Sequence record: OU343167.1
Length of the DNA: 64,000 nucleotides
Reading direction: 5' to 3' (one strand)
Program-made: the position numbers and the translations under genes
Notes under the pieces: model-generated
Databases searched by the model: none
Told to the model about the DNA's origin: nothing
Seen by the model: the letters and a program-made list of their open reading frames with translations, nothing else
Shown: one piece after another, positions 12,446 through 22,178 of the stretch
How positions within the stretch are numbered: the stretch's first letter is position 1
Layout of the letters: each line of letters starts with the position of its first letter

Positions 12446-12551
12446 GTATGCACTAGAGATTAACATCTTGAGGGCATTACCATGTAACAGCTAACACAAT
12501 ATCCATTCGCGAGAATGACAAGTTAATTCCTTTAATTGAAGGTAGTAAAAA

Positions 12552-13046
12552 ATGAAAGAACAAAACATCGACCACAATAAACCTTATACTTACGTGGTCA
12601 GTGATTCCGAAGGCAACATGCGTGTACTGACTACTCTCGGTGACGAGCTACAAGTGCAGATCGACTATGCCGTGGGCACGGGAGGCAAAGCCAAAGTAGA
12701 ACACATTGAAGAAGGTATTCGTGGCCTGTGCCATTCGTCTACCTCCACTCGTCTGCTCCGTGCAACTGTTCCAGGTTTCTACAAGATGCTTGAAGGCATC
12801 ATGGGTAAGATCGGTCGTGCAATGGCCGAACCCGAGAACTGGACAACTGGTAACAATGGTCGTCTGGCCTTCCATATCGAGACTCTGTTCGGAGCCGATA
12901 AGAAGTTCTGGCCGTTGATCACCCAGAGCGTTTACGAACGTCTGCAATATGACGGTTACGTCAGCGTGGATGTACAGGTAGCGGAAGACGAAGAACAACC
13001 TATCAAGTTGGTCACTCGCTTTGGTATTCCTGCTCGCATGGTCTAA
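12552..13046 (+). CDS. Hypothetical protein
   Basis: 164-aa ORF with GAAGG RBS downstream of the early promoter motif. Confidence 0.7.
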   Translation: MKEQNIDHNKPYTYVVSDSEGNMRVLTTLGDELQVQIDYAVGTGGKAKVEHIEEGIRGLCHSSTSTRLLRATVPGFYKMLEGIMGKIGRAMAEPENWTTGNNGRLAFHIETLFGADKKFWPLITQSVYERLQYDGYVSVDVQVAEDEEQPIKLVTRFGIPARMV

Positions 13047-13055
13047 GGAATCGTT

Positions 13056-13256
13056 ATGGCTCTCTCTGATTGCTCCTGTTGTTGGGAAACTCCATGTCAT
13101 GCTGGTGGAGCGAAGTTCGATGAGTCGGATATGCGCATGATGCCACTACCGCGACTTGGAGAGCTGGTTGCAATGTCCAGGCGTATCTTCGATGAGCGTA
13201 ATACAATGGCTTCTCTTACAGCCTCTCATGATCGTAAGGAACTTACGGTAGAGTAG
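13056..13256 (+). CDS. Small Cys-rich hypothetical protein (CSCCWETPCH)
   Basis: AAGGA RBS; 9 nt after upstream stop. Confidence 0.6.
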   Translation: MALSDCSCCWETPCHAGGAKFDESDMRMMPLPRLGELVAMSRRIFDERNTMASLTASHDRKELTVE

Positions 13257-13315
13257 GTTGTATTTGAACCATCCCTCAAAATAAACACATCAAACTTTCA
13301 CAAGGAAATACTCAC

Positions 13316-13735
13316 ATGTCTAAAGATCTGAAGAGCTTTGCATTCATCGAAGAACACAAACTTCGCGAGAAGGTTATTCTTGGTGAAGCCAATACTTTCG
13401 ACATCCCGAACGACCTCTATGAATCGGTAGTTCTGGGTGGAGCTGGTATCAGCCTTGAGCAACTGAAGAAGAAAGAACGACTGGAAGGTGAACTCCTGGC
13501 AGGCGTTACTCTTGTTGCTGGTGAACAAGCTGCAACTCGCATGAAAGAAAATCCGGATCTTTCTGAGATCGGCTTTAACTACAACATGGGTACCACTAAC
13601 TCTCAGGTTGCTGGTATCTTCAGTCGCGATGGTAAGGACCACAGTGTTGTTACTGTATCGACCAAGACCAACTCCGCTGAAATGAAGCGTGTCTGTGCAC
13701 ACATCAATCAGCTATTCGAAGAAGTAAATACCTGA
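13316..13735 (+). CDS. Hypothetical phage protein
   Basis: AAGGA RBS; followed by hairpin GGGGCTC-TACG-GAGCCCC at 13742-13759. Confidence 0.7.
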   Translation: MSKDLKSFAFIEEHKLREKVILGEANTFDIPNDLYESVVLGGAGISLEQLKKKERLEGELLAGVTLVAGEQAATRMKENPDLSEIGFNYNMGTTNSQVAGIFSRDGKDHSVVTVSTKTNSAEMKRVCAHINQLFEEVNT

Positions 13736-13799
13736 TCAAATGGGGCTCTACGGAGCCCCTTTCCATCTGATTAATTTTTATGTAAATACAGGAAACAAA

Positions 13800-14858
13800 A
13801 TGACCAAATCTGCTAGCCGCAATTTCATCGTATTGGAAGGCCCCGAGTTCTCCGGTAAATCCACTCTGCACCGTGCACTGATCGCACGACTTGAAGCCGA
13901 AGGTATCGCGCACGTAGCTCTCCGTGAGCCTGGTGGTACTGAAATGGCTGAAGAGATTCGATCGGTTCTACTGAAACATCGTGAAGAAAAAGTTGATCCA
14001 GTTTCAGATATTTTCCTGCACATGGCATATCGCCGGCAGAACATTCAGAATATCGTCAAACCGGCACTGAGTGACGGTAAGTGGGTTGTATCTGATCGCT
14101 TTGTTTTCTCTACTTGGTGCCTGAACGTAGCTCCTTACCTCGATACCAATCCCAATCTGGCAGATCTGTTCATGGGTGTAATGCCGCACGTTATTGGTGA
14201 TGGTGTTCCTGAGCCGCTGTGCTTCTATCTGGAAACTCCTGAAGAAGTTCGGAAAGAATGGATGGTAAATAGCGGTCGTGATCTGGATCGTTACGAAGTT
14301 GACGAAGTTTACCAAACTCGTGTTAACAACGCATATGCCCAGATTAAGTTTAGTCCTTCGACTAAAGTAATTGACGGCACTGCTCCCATTGATGAACAAG
14401 TTCAGTTCATCATTGAAACTATTCAAGCCCACGAAGCTCTGCGAGCTAAAGATGAGCTTGAAGAGAAAACCGAGAACAGCGGTCATCTTCCTCCGGAAAC
14501 TGTACCTGGTGAAGAGAACGATGGCGATGTACCGCAGTCTCCTGTTGAAGAAGCACCTGTTGAACCAGTTGCCTTTGATCTGGAAGTGGCACTGGAGCAA
14601 TACGCTGAAACCCAAATCATCAAAGAGGTGATCTTGGGTCGTGAAGAACTCCTGCCGTATTACAAAGATCTGGCCAAGAAGATCGTACGTAAAATCTTTG
14701 AAAAGACCAATGACGAGACTATCTTCCATCCGGCACGTGTTGGTGAGTTGAACCGTGAAATCCACTCACTGTTCCACTTCCATGAACGTCTGCAAGACTG
14801 GAAAGATCTGATCAACAAAGACGAGCCGGTTGAACCTGAAACCGCTGTAGCAGAATAA
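13800..14858 (+). CDS. tmk: Thymidylate kinase with about 140-aa acidic C-terminal extension
   Basis: P-loop EGPEFSGKST, REPGGT, VVSDRF motifs; ATG 13800 has AGGA RBS. Confidence 0.9.
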   Translation: MTKSASRNFIVLEGPEFSGKSTLHRALIARLEAEGIAHVALREPGGTEMAEEIRSVLLKHREEKVDPVSDIFLHMAYRRQNIQNIVKPALSDGKWVVSDRFVFSTWCLNVAPYLDTNPNLADLFMGVMPHVIGDGVPEPLCFYLETPEEVRKEWMVNSGRDLDRYEVDEVYQTRVNNAYAQIKFSPSTKVIDGTAPIDEQVQFIIETIQAHEALRAKDELEEKTENSGHLPPETVPGEENDGDVPQSPVEEAPVEPVAFDLEVALEQYAETQIIKEVILGREELLPYYKDLAKKIVRKIFEKTNDETIFHPARVGELNREIHSLFHFHERLQDWKDLINKDEPVEPETAVAE

Positions 14859-14865
14859 AGGAAAC

Positions 14866-15099
14866 ATGATGTCTGAGACTCTCTCTGTGAAACGTTACAT
14901 CCAAGCATCGGAAATCGACGATACTCTGTCCGACTATATCGGTCGTACATTCATCGTTAAACGCAACGGTATTACTACCGCTGTCACGTTGGATAAAGTT
15001 AAAACCAACAAGATCTATCTGAAACGCATGGGTGACCGTCAAGATGGTTTCTCCCTACCTCGTGCTGAGTTCGGTAAATATTACCAACTCGCTCCTTAA
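14866..15099 (+). CDS. Small hypothetical protein
   Basis: AAGGA RBS; followed by terminator. Confidence 0.6.
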   Translation: MMSETLSVKRYIQASEIDDTLSDYIGRTFIVKRNGITTAVTLDKVKTNKIYLKRMGDRQDGFSLPRAEFGKYYQLAP

Positions 15100-15112
15100 G
15101 TTGTAAACACGG

Positions 15113-15137
15113 GAGGCTCCTTCGGGGGCCTCTTTAT
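15113..15137 (+). terminator. Intrinsic terminator GAGGCTCC-TTCG-GGGGCCTC-TTTAT
   Basis: UUCG hairpin plus T run. Confidence 0.8.
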
Positions 15138-15158
15138 GTTACCAAGAGGAAACTTCAA

Positions 15159-15878
15159 ATGTGCTTTACCAAGGTTATCATCCTTTTTCTAATGTCTTTT
15201 GTCGGCACTGTGTTTGGCCAAGAAATAAAAGATCCACTGATATATGCACAAACACCTTTGTTCTTTTCTACCTTTACTCCAAAGGTTGCTCCCTGTTTCT
15301 TTAATAACGAGTCACGACATGGTGTATGCGGATGGAAAACATGGCCAGATGAAATCACAGTAGCTGTTACACGTCGTTCTAAACCTACTGAGATTTACAG
15401 CTATGTAACTAACGGCAATGTAGAAGTAGTATGTATTAATGAATATTGCCATGATGCATATGGACAACTCGTAGGTGTTGTACGCGGTCATATCGGTACC
15501 ACCTATTGGGAACTTCCACGTGGTTATTATTTGACCATGGTTAATAACTCATTTACTGCTATTAAGTTTGGAAATGGGTCATTGAAACATGAGTTCCCTA
15601 TTCGTGATCTCTTACCTTCCAAATACAACGATAAGAAAGCTGATGGTGAAACACTAGATCTACGTTTTACTGAAGCACTTTACAATGTGTATTGTAATGT
15701 AGAGATGGAGCGTTGTAACTATCTTGGGAAAGAGTGGACTCTACTAGAGCTGGCTCAATTGGTTCCCTTTGTTAAGACTGCAACATGTGACGAGTATCTT
15801 TGTTACATCGATAACCGTAAATCTCAAGTAGCTGGTATCAACCCCGCGCGACGTGATATTTACGATGGCATCAAATAA
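15159..15878 (+). CDS. Hypothetical exported protein with N-terminal signal peptide, Cys-rich
   Basis: Hydrophobic N-terminus (VIILFLMSFVGTVFG); GAGG RBS; followed by hairpin 15887-15909 and T tract. Confidence 0.65.
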   Translation: MCFTKVIILFLMSFVGTVFGQEIKDPLIYAQTPLFFSTFTPKVAPCFFNNESRHGVCGWKTWPDEITVAVTRRSKPTEIYSYVTNGNVEVVCINEYCHDAYGQLVGVVRGHIGTTYWELPRGYYLTMVNNSFTAIKFGNGSLKHEFPIRDLLPSKYNDKKADGETLDLRFTEALYNVYCNVEMERCNYLGKEWTLLELAQLVPFVKTATCDEYLCYIDNRKSQVAGINPARRDIYDGIK

Positions 15879-15968
15879 CAATATAAATGGAGTCCCCAAG
15901 GGGACTCCAATACCTTCTTTCTTTTTTTTTTGCTCTCAATCCTATAATCCAGCATTCGAGATACGATC

Positions 15969-16451
15969 ATGGTTAAAGTAGTAGTCATCAAGGGTAGTCC
16001 CAAATTTGGGAAAATTGAACTATCTGAAAAGTATTACGCTGAGGTTACTTCTTTCCTGAAGGATCTCGGTTGTGAAGTTATTGTCCGCGATGTTAGTGAA
16101 ATGTACGCATGGGAAGCTGATGCTAAACTATACGTAGCACACGGTCGCGCTAGTAGATTAGCAGCTGAACATAATGCTACTGCATCCGATGTACCATTCT
16201 TAGAATTCGGTAGCTTAAATGGAATTATCCATCCGATTGATAAAGCTTGGCAAGAGGGTTCTCGTCAAGGTCTTCCACCAGATGAACATTTTGAATTTAT
16301 TCCAGAACAGAAGGAAGTGCTCGGTCGTTTGGTACATGACTTAATGGCACCTACTCCAACTATTTCCGGTATACAAACATTGCGTAATCTGGAAGTACGT
16401 CGACAAGGGAGACGTCAGAATATCTCTGGTTTTAATGTTCGTCGCAGTTAA
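15969..16451 (+). CDS. Hypothetical protein, alpha/beta-type
   Basis: 160-aa ORF; GAG RBS. Confidence 0.6.
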   Translation: MVKVVVIKGSPKFGKIELSEKYYAEVTSFLKDLGCEVIVRDVSEMYAWEADAKLYVAHGRASRLAAEHNATASDVPFLEFGSLNGIIHPIDKAWQEGSRQGLPPDEHFEFIPEQKEVLGRLVHDLMAPTPTISGIQTLRNLEVRRQGRRQNISGFNVRRS

Positions 16452-16518
16452 ATACTTAAGTTGTAACCATATGTAGCAAAGACTACAAAGCCTCATACCC
16501 ACCGCCCGGAACATCACC

Positions 16519-16881
16519 ATGGAAATATTCTCCCTTATCGAACTTCTCTTCGTATTACTCGTCGGTCATGCTGTTTGCGATTACGCGCTACAGAATGATT
16601 TTATGGCCGCTGCAAAGAACCATACTACTGAACTAGGTAAGACCTATTGGCCCTACGTTCTTCCAGCACATGGTCTTATCCATGGAGGTTGGGTATACGT
16701 AGTAACGGGTAGTTTTGTTCTAGGGGCGGCTGAAACAATTATCCATTGCATCACAGATTATCTGAAATGTGATGGTAAAATTGGATTCCATACTGACCAA
16801 TGGATTCATATTGGGTGTAAGGTACTTTGGGTAATTCTACTAGCATATCAGTTTGACTTCCTGCAACAACTCCCTGTATAA
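16519..16881 (+). CDS. DUF3307-like membrane protein
   Basis: GHAVCDYALQ, HGLIHG, HCITDYLK and DQWIH His/Asp motifs within hydrophobic helices. Confidence 0.75.
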   Translation: MEIFSLIELLFVLLVGHAVCDYALQNDFMAAAKNHTTELGKTYWPYVLPAHGLIHGGWVYVVTGSFVLGAAETIIHCITDYLKCDGKIGFHTDQWIHIGCKVLWVILLAYQFDFLQQLPV

Positions 16882-16986
16882 ACGCATAGCTCGCCTTAGG
16901 GCGGGCTTTATGCCTTATCTGATGAAAGTATAAGGATATATATTTTCGTGTTGTGGAAGAGACCGTGGCCCCTATAGGAGGGGAAG

Positions 16987-17475
16987 ATGGTTATTAGTCA
17001 GAATACTGCTACTGAGATTGACTCCCAAGTTGCCAAAGGTTTATCTATTGGGTATTTCGGTAAAGGAGATGATCTATCTCAGATCCCTCGTATGATCGGT
17101 GACTGGAATATCAGAACAGTAGAGGAACAGAGGTCACCCGGAACAGGGTATATTGTGGCGGTTCCATCGAATACACGCACTCGACTTATTTATGCTGCTG
17201 GTCGAATAGCGTGGTTAGTAGCTTTAGGTTACTCTGAGCAAACAGCTCATGTTTATCTTAAAGCTAGTTCTACCGTTGCAAAACGTTGGGATCATGAGGT
17301 GGCACAGTTTGTACTAACTAACTACGGAATTGATACATTTATTCTAGAGCAAGCTTTATCCGATGATAATCCAAAGAAATATCTAGAGGCACAAGGATAT
17401 TATTCCAGGGTATCTCGTGGTAAGATAATTGCTAGTTGTCAGATTCTTCGTAATATCCGTGGTCTATCAAAATAA
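16987..17475 (+). CDS. Hypothetical protein
   Basis: Strong GGAGGGG RBS; terminator GGAGCC-TTCG-GGCTCC-TTTT at 17478-17497. Confidence 0.7.
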   Translation: MVISQNTATEIDSQVAKGLSIGYFGKGDDLSQIPRMIGDWNIRTVEEQRSPGTGYIVAVPSNTRTRLIYAAGRIAWLVALGYSEQTAHVYLKASSTVAKRWDHEVAQFVLTNYGIDTFILEQALSDDNPKKYLEAQGYYSRVSRGKIIASCQILRNIRGLSK

Positions 17476-17551
17476 CTGGAGCCTTCGGGCTCCTTTTATT
17501 TCGTGTAGTCCCTTATTCTTATGACTTCCTTATCGTAAAGGTTCACTCCCT

Positions 17552-17983
17552 ATGAGATTCTTTTGTGACGCTGAATTTGATGTACCAACTGATAGTTTAA
17601 TTTCTCTTGCTATTGTTTCCGAAGATGGTAACAGAGAGTTCTATGAAGTACTCGAACATAAGCATATTCAAGACGACTGGGTAAAGGCTAACGTCATTCC
17701 TATTCTTCAGAAAGATCCTATTTCGTTTGAAGAATTCCAGATCCGCCTTGAGAAATTTGTATCACAATTTGCTGGCATGAATATAATCGTTAACCACCCC
17801 AACGATGTTATTTATTTTAACAAAGCCCTATTAGGGGAGAAGGGGAAGTGGATTATGATTCAACCATTGACTTTTGATATCGATGATCGTCTCAGTGGTA
17901 AAGGATCTAAACTTTTGCATAATGCGCTATTCGATGCCAGGGCGACACGCGAGGACTGGTTTAAAAAGAATGGCTATACATGA
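17552..17983 (+). CDS. DEDDh-type 3'-5' exonuclease (Rv2179c/DUF5051-like)
   Basis: ExoI FCDAEF, and C-terminal LHNALFDAR (ExoIII H..D). Confidence 0.75.
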   Translation: MRFFCDAEFDVPTDSLISLAIVSEDGNREFYEVLEHKHIQDDWVKANVIPILQKDPISFEEFQIRLEKFVSQFAGMNIIVNHPNDVIYFNKALLGEKGKWIMIQPLTFDIDDRLSGKGSKLLHNALFDARATREDWFKKNGYT

Positions 17984-18004
17984 AACCATTTTGGATAAAT
18001 AGAA

Positions 18005-18676
18005 ATGACAACCGTACTTGAACAGATGACAGGTAAACCCGGTCGTAAATGCCGAGGCGAATCTCTTTTACGTCTTCTGATCTCCACGAGTTATCCACAG
18101 ACAATTCTGTCGGATCTAACATTTGCTTTTACTAAGCACTCTGGAACAGATGACGAAGAGTCGCTTGAAAAACTTGCAGTACTAATGCGAAATATCGAAA
18201 AAGAATTTGATATGTTCGACTTCATCCGCTGTATTGAAATTAGACGAGATGGCGATGTCATTAACATCATTGTTAAACGTCTTGATTTCGATCCAACAAT
18301 GCGGGCACTGAATGACAGTGTTGATACGCATGAACACATGGCAAGCTCCTGTGTGACTCTATCTAATGCAGATGATCGCATCGAAGATGTTGAACAACTA
18401 GCAGTTAAACTCCTAGAAGTTTTCTACCGTTCTCAAGTTAAGGTTAAACGCGGTACTGAGATTGCAACAACTACATGGAAATGTCGTTATCGTGAATCTG
18501 ACCGTCGTAAATCGAAAGCTGAGCAAACTGCTATCGATACTAACCTTGACTTTGAAGGTGTAGTAGAAACAATCACTGCTTCGCTCTGTAAGCGCCGTTT
18601 CCACCTAGTCCTTACACAGAATGCCTTTCTGCTTCTGGATCAACGTAAGCGCGTCTGGGGCGTTAGCAAGGGCTGA
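18005..18676 (+). CDS. Hypothetical protein
   Basis: 223-aa ORF ending at a convergent terminator. Confidence 0.65.
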   Translation: MTTVLEQMTGKPGRKCRGESLLRLLISTSYPQTILSDLTFAFTKHSGTDDEESLEKLAVLMRNIEKEFDMFDFIRCIEIRRDGDVINIIVKRLDFDPTMRALNDSVDTHEHMASSCVTLSNADDRIEDVEQLAVKLLEVFYRSQVKVKRGTEIATTTWKCRYRESDRRKSKAEQTAIDTNLDFEGVVETITASLCKRRFHLVLTQNAFLLLDQRKRVWGVSKG

Positions 18677-18680
18677 CAAC

Positions 18681-18708
18681 ATAAAGCCTCCCCGAAGGGA
18701 GGCTATTA
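18681..18708. terminator. Bidirectional terminator AGCCTCCC-CGAA-GGGAGGCT between convergent genes
   Basis: UUCG loop on the minus strand; A/T tracts on both sides. Confidence 0.8.
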
Positions 18709-18713
18709 TGCCG

Positions 18714-21700
18714 TTATTGCACAGGTACCGGAGTTCCATTAACTGGAATTCTCCAAGCTTGCGTTGGGTCCTCAAAACTTCTGATTACCCGTGGTGCACC
18801 GTAAATCGTTTTAGGTGTTGTATTCTGCATTAGTACCCAACCGGTACCATTCCAAGAATAAACTTTATTGGAACCCATATCGCAAACAATGTTGCGTGGA
18901 AGTCCAGTATAAACGATGTCTTTGAAATACGATTGCGGTTGCGAGAAGGCCATGTAACCGTATTTCTTAGGACCTTTAAACTTAGCCAATAGTGGATCAC
19001 TGTTCAGGTCAACCGTCATGGACAGAGTTGGATCATATTCGGTCATTCCCCATTTGGAGATACTGATGTTAAATATATCACCAGTCCTAATAACCTTAAC
19101 TCGTTTGAAAGCACCGTTCCAACCTTGATTAGAGTAATCGCCAGTATTAACAGAAATGATATTCTGTCTGGTACCCATACTCAAATCGTAGATGATGTTC
19201 TGTGCTTCATTACCTCGTCCATTTCCATTCGAGTTACTACGAGACAATGCGAGTGTCAAATGATGGCTTTGATCGCCCTCTTTAACAAACGCCAGAACCA
19301 CACCCAAGAAGTCGTCGTCACCATTGTTAGATTGACATGTAACTTCAAGTGTGTATTGTTCTGGTTCTTCATCTGAAAGGAAACCAGTAATGGAACTTGT
19401 ATTGTCAGGCATTACAGCAGCTTTGATCGTATCGTCCCAATACCAACGACCCGCTGGATGAGGGGTAGTCCCATCGGAAAGGAACGGTGGGATACCTTGA
19501 CCTTTAGCAAAATATTCATCAGCATAGAAACGATCCCATGTATCGAAGATTTGCTTAGGTGTCGGTGGAGATAGTCTAGCTAGAGCTGCACTTGTGTCAG
19601 CAGCGGTTTTATAGGCAAATGCTTGCCCTTCGTTACGAGGAAGCTCACCAGCAAAGTAACTAATGATATTTTTGAAGTGATCAGCTACACTCTGCGTTAT
19701 CGCAGTAAGGTTGTACACAGGTCGAACAACTTGGATCTCTTCAATAATTCTCCGTGGAACTTGGATATGAGAGATCGAGTAGATTGGCTCAGTGGTAGTA
19801 CCACCCGTCTTATATCGCGGCATTAACGGAAGTGTATTCTCGGCACGACCATATTTACCAGCGATCGGAGGTTGATACCGAGTCACAGGAAGAGTTGCTT
19901 CATAAGTGAATGGTTGAGTGATACGTACCTTAATGAGATCCGCGTTGTTAACGTAGATACCATCAACAGGATAGATAGTTTGATGACTTCCGGTTGCCGG
20001 ATCGTAAACAGCAGTACCCACTTTAATATCTCTAAATGGATCTACTTTAGTTATGTCTACACGGAATATATCCGCTATCATGGAGCCAACACTTGTGCCA
20101 TCCAATTCAACTACGATATCAGCGATATCAGAAATGTCATTGAGTAGTTGTGTAATTTCAACTCCCTTGTTATCTCGGAATATAACGTACTTACCTGCTC
20201 CGATCAAGTAGACAAACGTCATTGGAACGACGTCGCCGTTAGTAAGCTTCAGCAAGAAGTTAACAGTATGTTTTCCAGGGTTGAGGGTCAGTGTTACTGG
20301 ATCCTTCTTTTGGAAAACAACTTCTTTAACGACTACACTCGATTCACTGCCGCCGGCTACGATAAAATCGCCATCGGTTAGATCATTATAAAGGACATGA
20401 TCCCCATAGGTCGATCGTATAAATCCAACATTCACATTTGATCTGTCAACGGAGCCATTGAAGTATGCGTTGAAGTTTACAGCAAGTTGGTTAGCAGTAA
20501 CAAAGAAGCAGTTAGTTGCAGTTGGAACCGGATATGCTTCTTCAATACTGTTAATAGCTGGACCATGATCAGTGAATATGAAAATACCATTACCGGCTTT
20601 CCGATATGTAAGAATATCCTGAACCGCAGTTTTCGTGAACTTACCGTTAACCGATTGATCCGGATCACTTAAAGAACCAACAAATACCAACCCTGCGTAA
20701 TTGTTTAATTCCGTTAAGGTTGGATTTAAATGGGTTCCATCATAATCGGTCTGATCCTTCAATGTACATGTAAAACCGCCGGCCCCTGCAACCTTAGTAA
20801 TGTATTCATTGAACGCGGTCTTCAGTGCATAGCTACCAGTAGTTGCATCACCTAGGACAAGAATGTTTTTATTACCACTAGCAACTTTTGCAGGGTTAGC
20901 AATAAAGTCAAGACAGTTCTTAAAATAGGTCTGACTAGAGTTTAGGTTTTTACCTGGACCAAGATAACGTTTACGGGTAACAGTCCAACTACCTATCCAA
21001 TCTTGCGGTGTTGTTGGATTAACTACAAGATTATCTGTCATGACATCAAAAGCAACAGTTGTTCCGTTAAGGACCCGTGCATTTCTCAGCTGACCACGAT
21101 ACTCTCTTGCAAGGATAGGATCTGCATCGTTCTCGAATGCTACAGTCCAAGTCGATAATCTCTTACCAACAATGGCTTCCAATGGGACTGTACGTGTCAC
21201 CCATTTGTTTTTCCATTCCGGCCTGTCTCTACACATAACTGGATGTGTTGCAGTGGCGGGGTTACCATTGTCTTTGATTACAGGACTGTAGTTCCTAAAT
21301 CGAACAGGGTTATTACCAGTTTCATCATAAACAGTACAGTCTAAACCAAAATATGCATCATCGAACACATAGTGATCGTAAACAAGAACATCTCCACTTT
21401 TAACTGTGTAAGTGTTATTGTTAATTACTTCATAGTAGCAAAGGTCTAGACCGTTTGCATCAGGTTGTAGTCTAGCAGAGAAATCTAGAACACCCTGAGT
21501 CATGGAAATGTTTGCTGCCTGTGGATTCATGAACTTTGGAAAACCACCATCGTAAACAACATTGCCGTTACCATCTTGGGTAACGGCAATGAATGGAGTA
21601 GGCGGGCTTAAAGAATCGTAAGCGATATACTCAGAAACGACTGGCGGTAAACCATTAACAGAATACGCGACACCATTAGTAGCGACATTAGAATCAAATG

Positions 21701-21764
21701 TCCATTTTACAACCTGGGTACTAGGATAGGCCCCAGGTTTTTTGTCTGGATTAGCATATGCCAT
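18714..21764 (-). CDS. Modular virion structural / tail-fibre-associated protein
   Basis: 1016 aa; N-terminal DGGFPKF motif recalled from phiKZ-like virion proteins; beta-rich modules; C-terminal concanavalin/TSP-C-like DDDFLGVV motif. Confidence 0.65.
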   Translation of the reverse strand: MAYANPDKKPGAYPSTQVVKWTFDSNVATNGVAYSVNGLPPVVSEYIAYDSLSPPTPFIAVTQDGNGNVVYDGGFPKFMNPQAANISMTQGVLDFSARLQPDANGLDLCYYEVINNNTYTVKSGDVLVYDHYVFDDAYFGLDCTVYDETGNNPVRFRNYSPVIKDNGNPATATHPVMCRDRPEWKNKWVTRTVPLEAIVGKRLSTWTVAFENDADPILAREYRGQLRNARVLNGTTVAFDVMTDNLVVNPTTPQDWIGSWTVTRKRYLGPGKNLNSSQTYFKNCLDFIANPAKVASGNKNILVLGDATTGSYALKTAFNEYITKVAGAGGFTCTLKDQTDYDGTHLNPTLTELNNYAGLVFVGSLSDPDQSVNGKFTKTAVQDILTYRKAGNGIFIFTDHGPAINSIEEAYPVPTATNCFFVTANQLAVNFNAYFNGSVDRSNVNVGFIRSTYGDHVLYNDLTDGDFIVAGGSESSVVVKEVVFQKKDPVTLTLNPGKHTVNFLLKLTNGDVVPMTFVYLIGAGKYVIFRDNKGVEITQLLNDISDIADIVVELDGTSVGSMIADIFRVDITKVDPFRDIKVGTAVYDPATGSHQTIYPVDGIYVNNADLIKVRITQPFTYEATLPVTRYQPPIAGKYGRAENTLPLMPRYKTGGTTTEPIYSISHIQVPRRIIEEIQVVRPVYNLTAITQSVADHFKNIISYFAGELPRNEGQAFAYKTAADTSAALARLSPPTPKQIFDTWDRFYADEYFAKGQGIPPFLSDGTTPHPAGRWYWDDTIKAAVMPDNTSSITGFLSDEEPEQYTLEVTCQSNNGDDDFLGVVLAFVKEGDQSHHLTLALSRSNSNGNGRGNEAQNIIYDLSMGTRQNIISVNTGDYSNQGWNGAFKRVKVIRTGDIFNISISKWGMTEYDPTLSMTVDLNSDPLLAKFKGPKKYGYMAFSQPQSYFKDIVYTGLPRNIVCDMGSNKVYSWNGTGWVLMQNTTPKTIYGAPRVIRSFEDPTQAWRIPVNGTPVPVQ

Positions 21765-21776
21765 TTCAGGCTCCTA

Positions 21777-22178
21777 TTAAGGTACGATTTTCTTATGGGG
21801 TGCTCTGACAATGACAATGTATGCAACAGTGGCAGACGATGGGTTAGCAATAACTAAAGTACCATCATCTTTAATACCCCAGGTTAATACAGCAGAAGCA
21901 TCAATGTAGCAATCTTTGGTGAGAGAACCGTTTACAGTATCTCTAATCTTTACTTCGACAGAAGCTGTACGGGGTACCTCTGAACCAGCTGGAATCAAAG
22001 GAACAAGATCATACGTCTTAGTTCCACCTGCCGGTACAGTTGTACTCTCGTAGATAATGGCTGCTGCACCGCCACCACCAGAACCACCACCGCCAGCGAT
22101 TAGTTCTTCGATCTTAAGTAGATAACGGTTGATGGCCGCAATCATACCTTTATTTGTTTCACTCATTGTAGACTCCAA
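21777..22178 (-). CDS. Small putative virion/tail protein with Gly-rich linker
   Basis: GGGGSGGGG linker then beta-rich domain; between helicase and tail gene. Start may be the ATG at 22166. Confidence 0.55.
   Translation of the reverse strand: MESTMSETNKGMIAAINRYLLKIEELIAGGGGSGGGGAAAIIYESTTVPAGGTKTYDLVPLIPAGSEVPRTASVEVKIRDTVNGSLTKDCYIDASAVLTWGIKDDGTLVIANPSSATVAYIVIVRAPHKKIVP

Noticed and set aside
15969-16451. Alpha/beta hydrolase call for the 160-aa ORF
   Set aside because: The would-be nucleophile elbow reads AHGRA (no Ser), so catalytic activity is unsupported.
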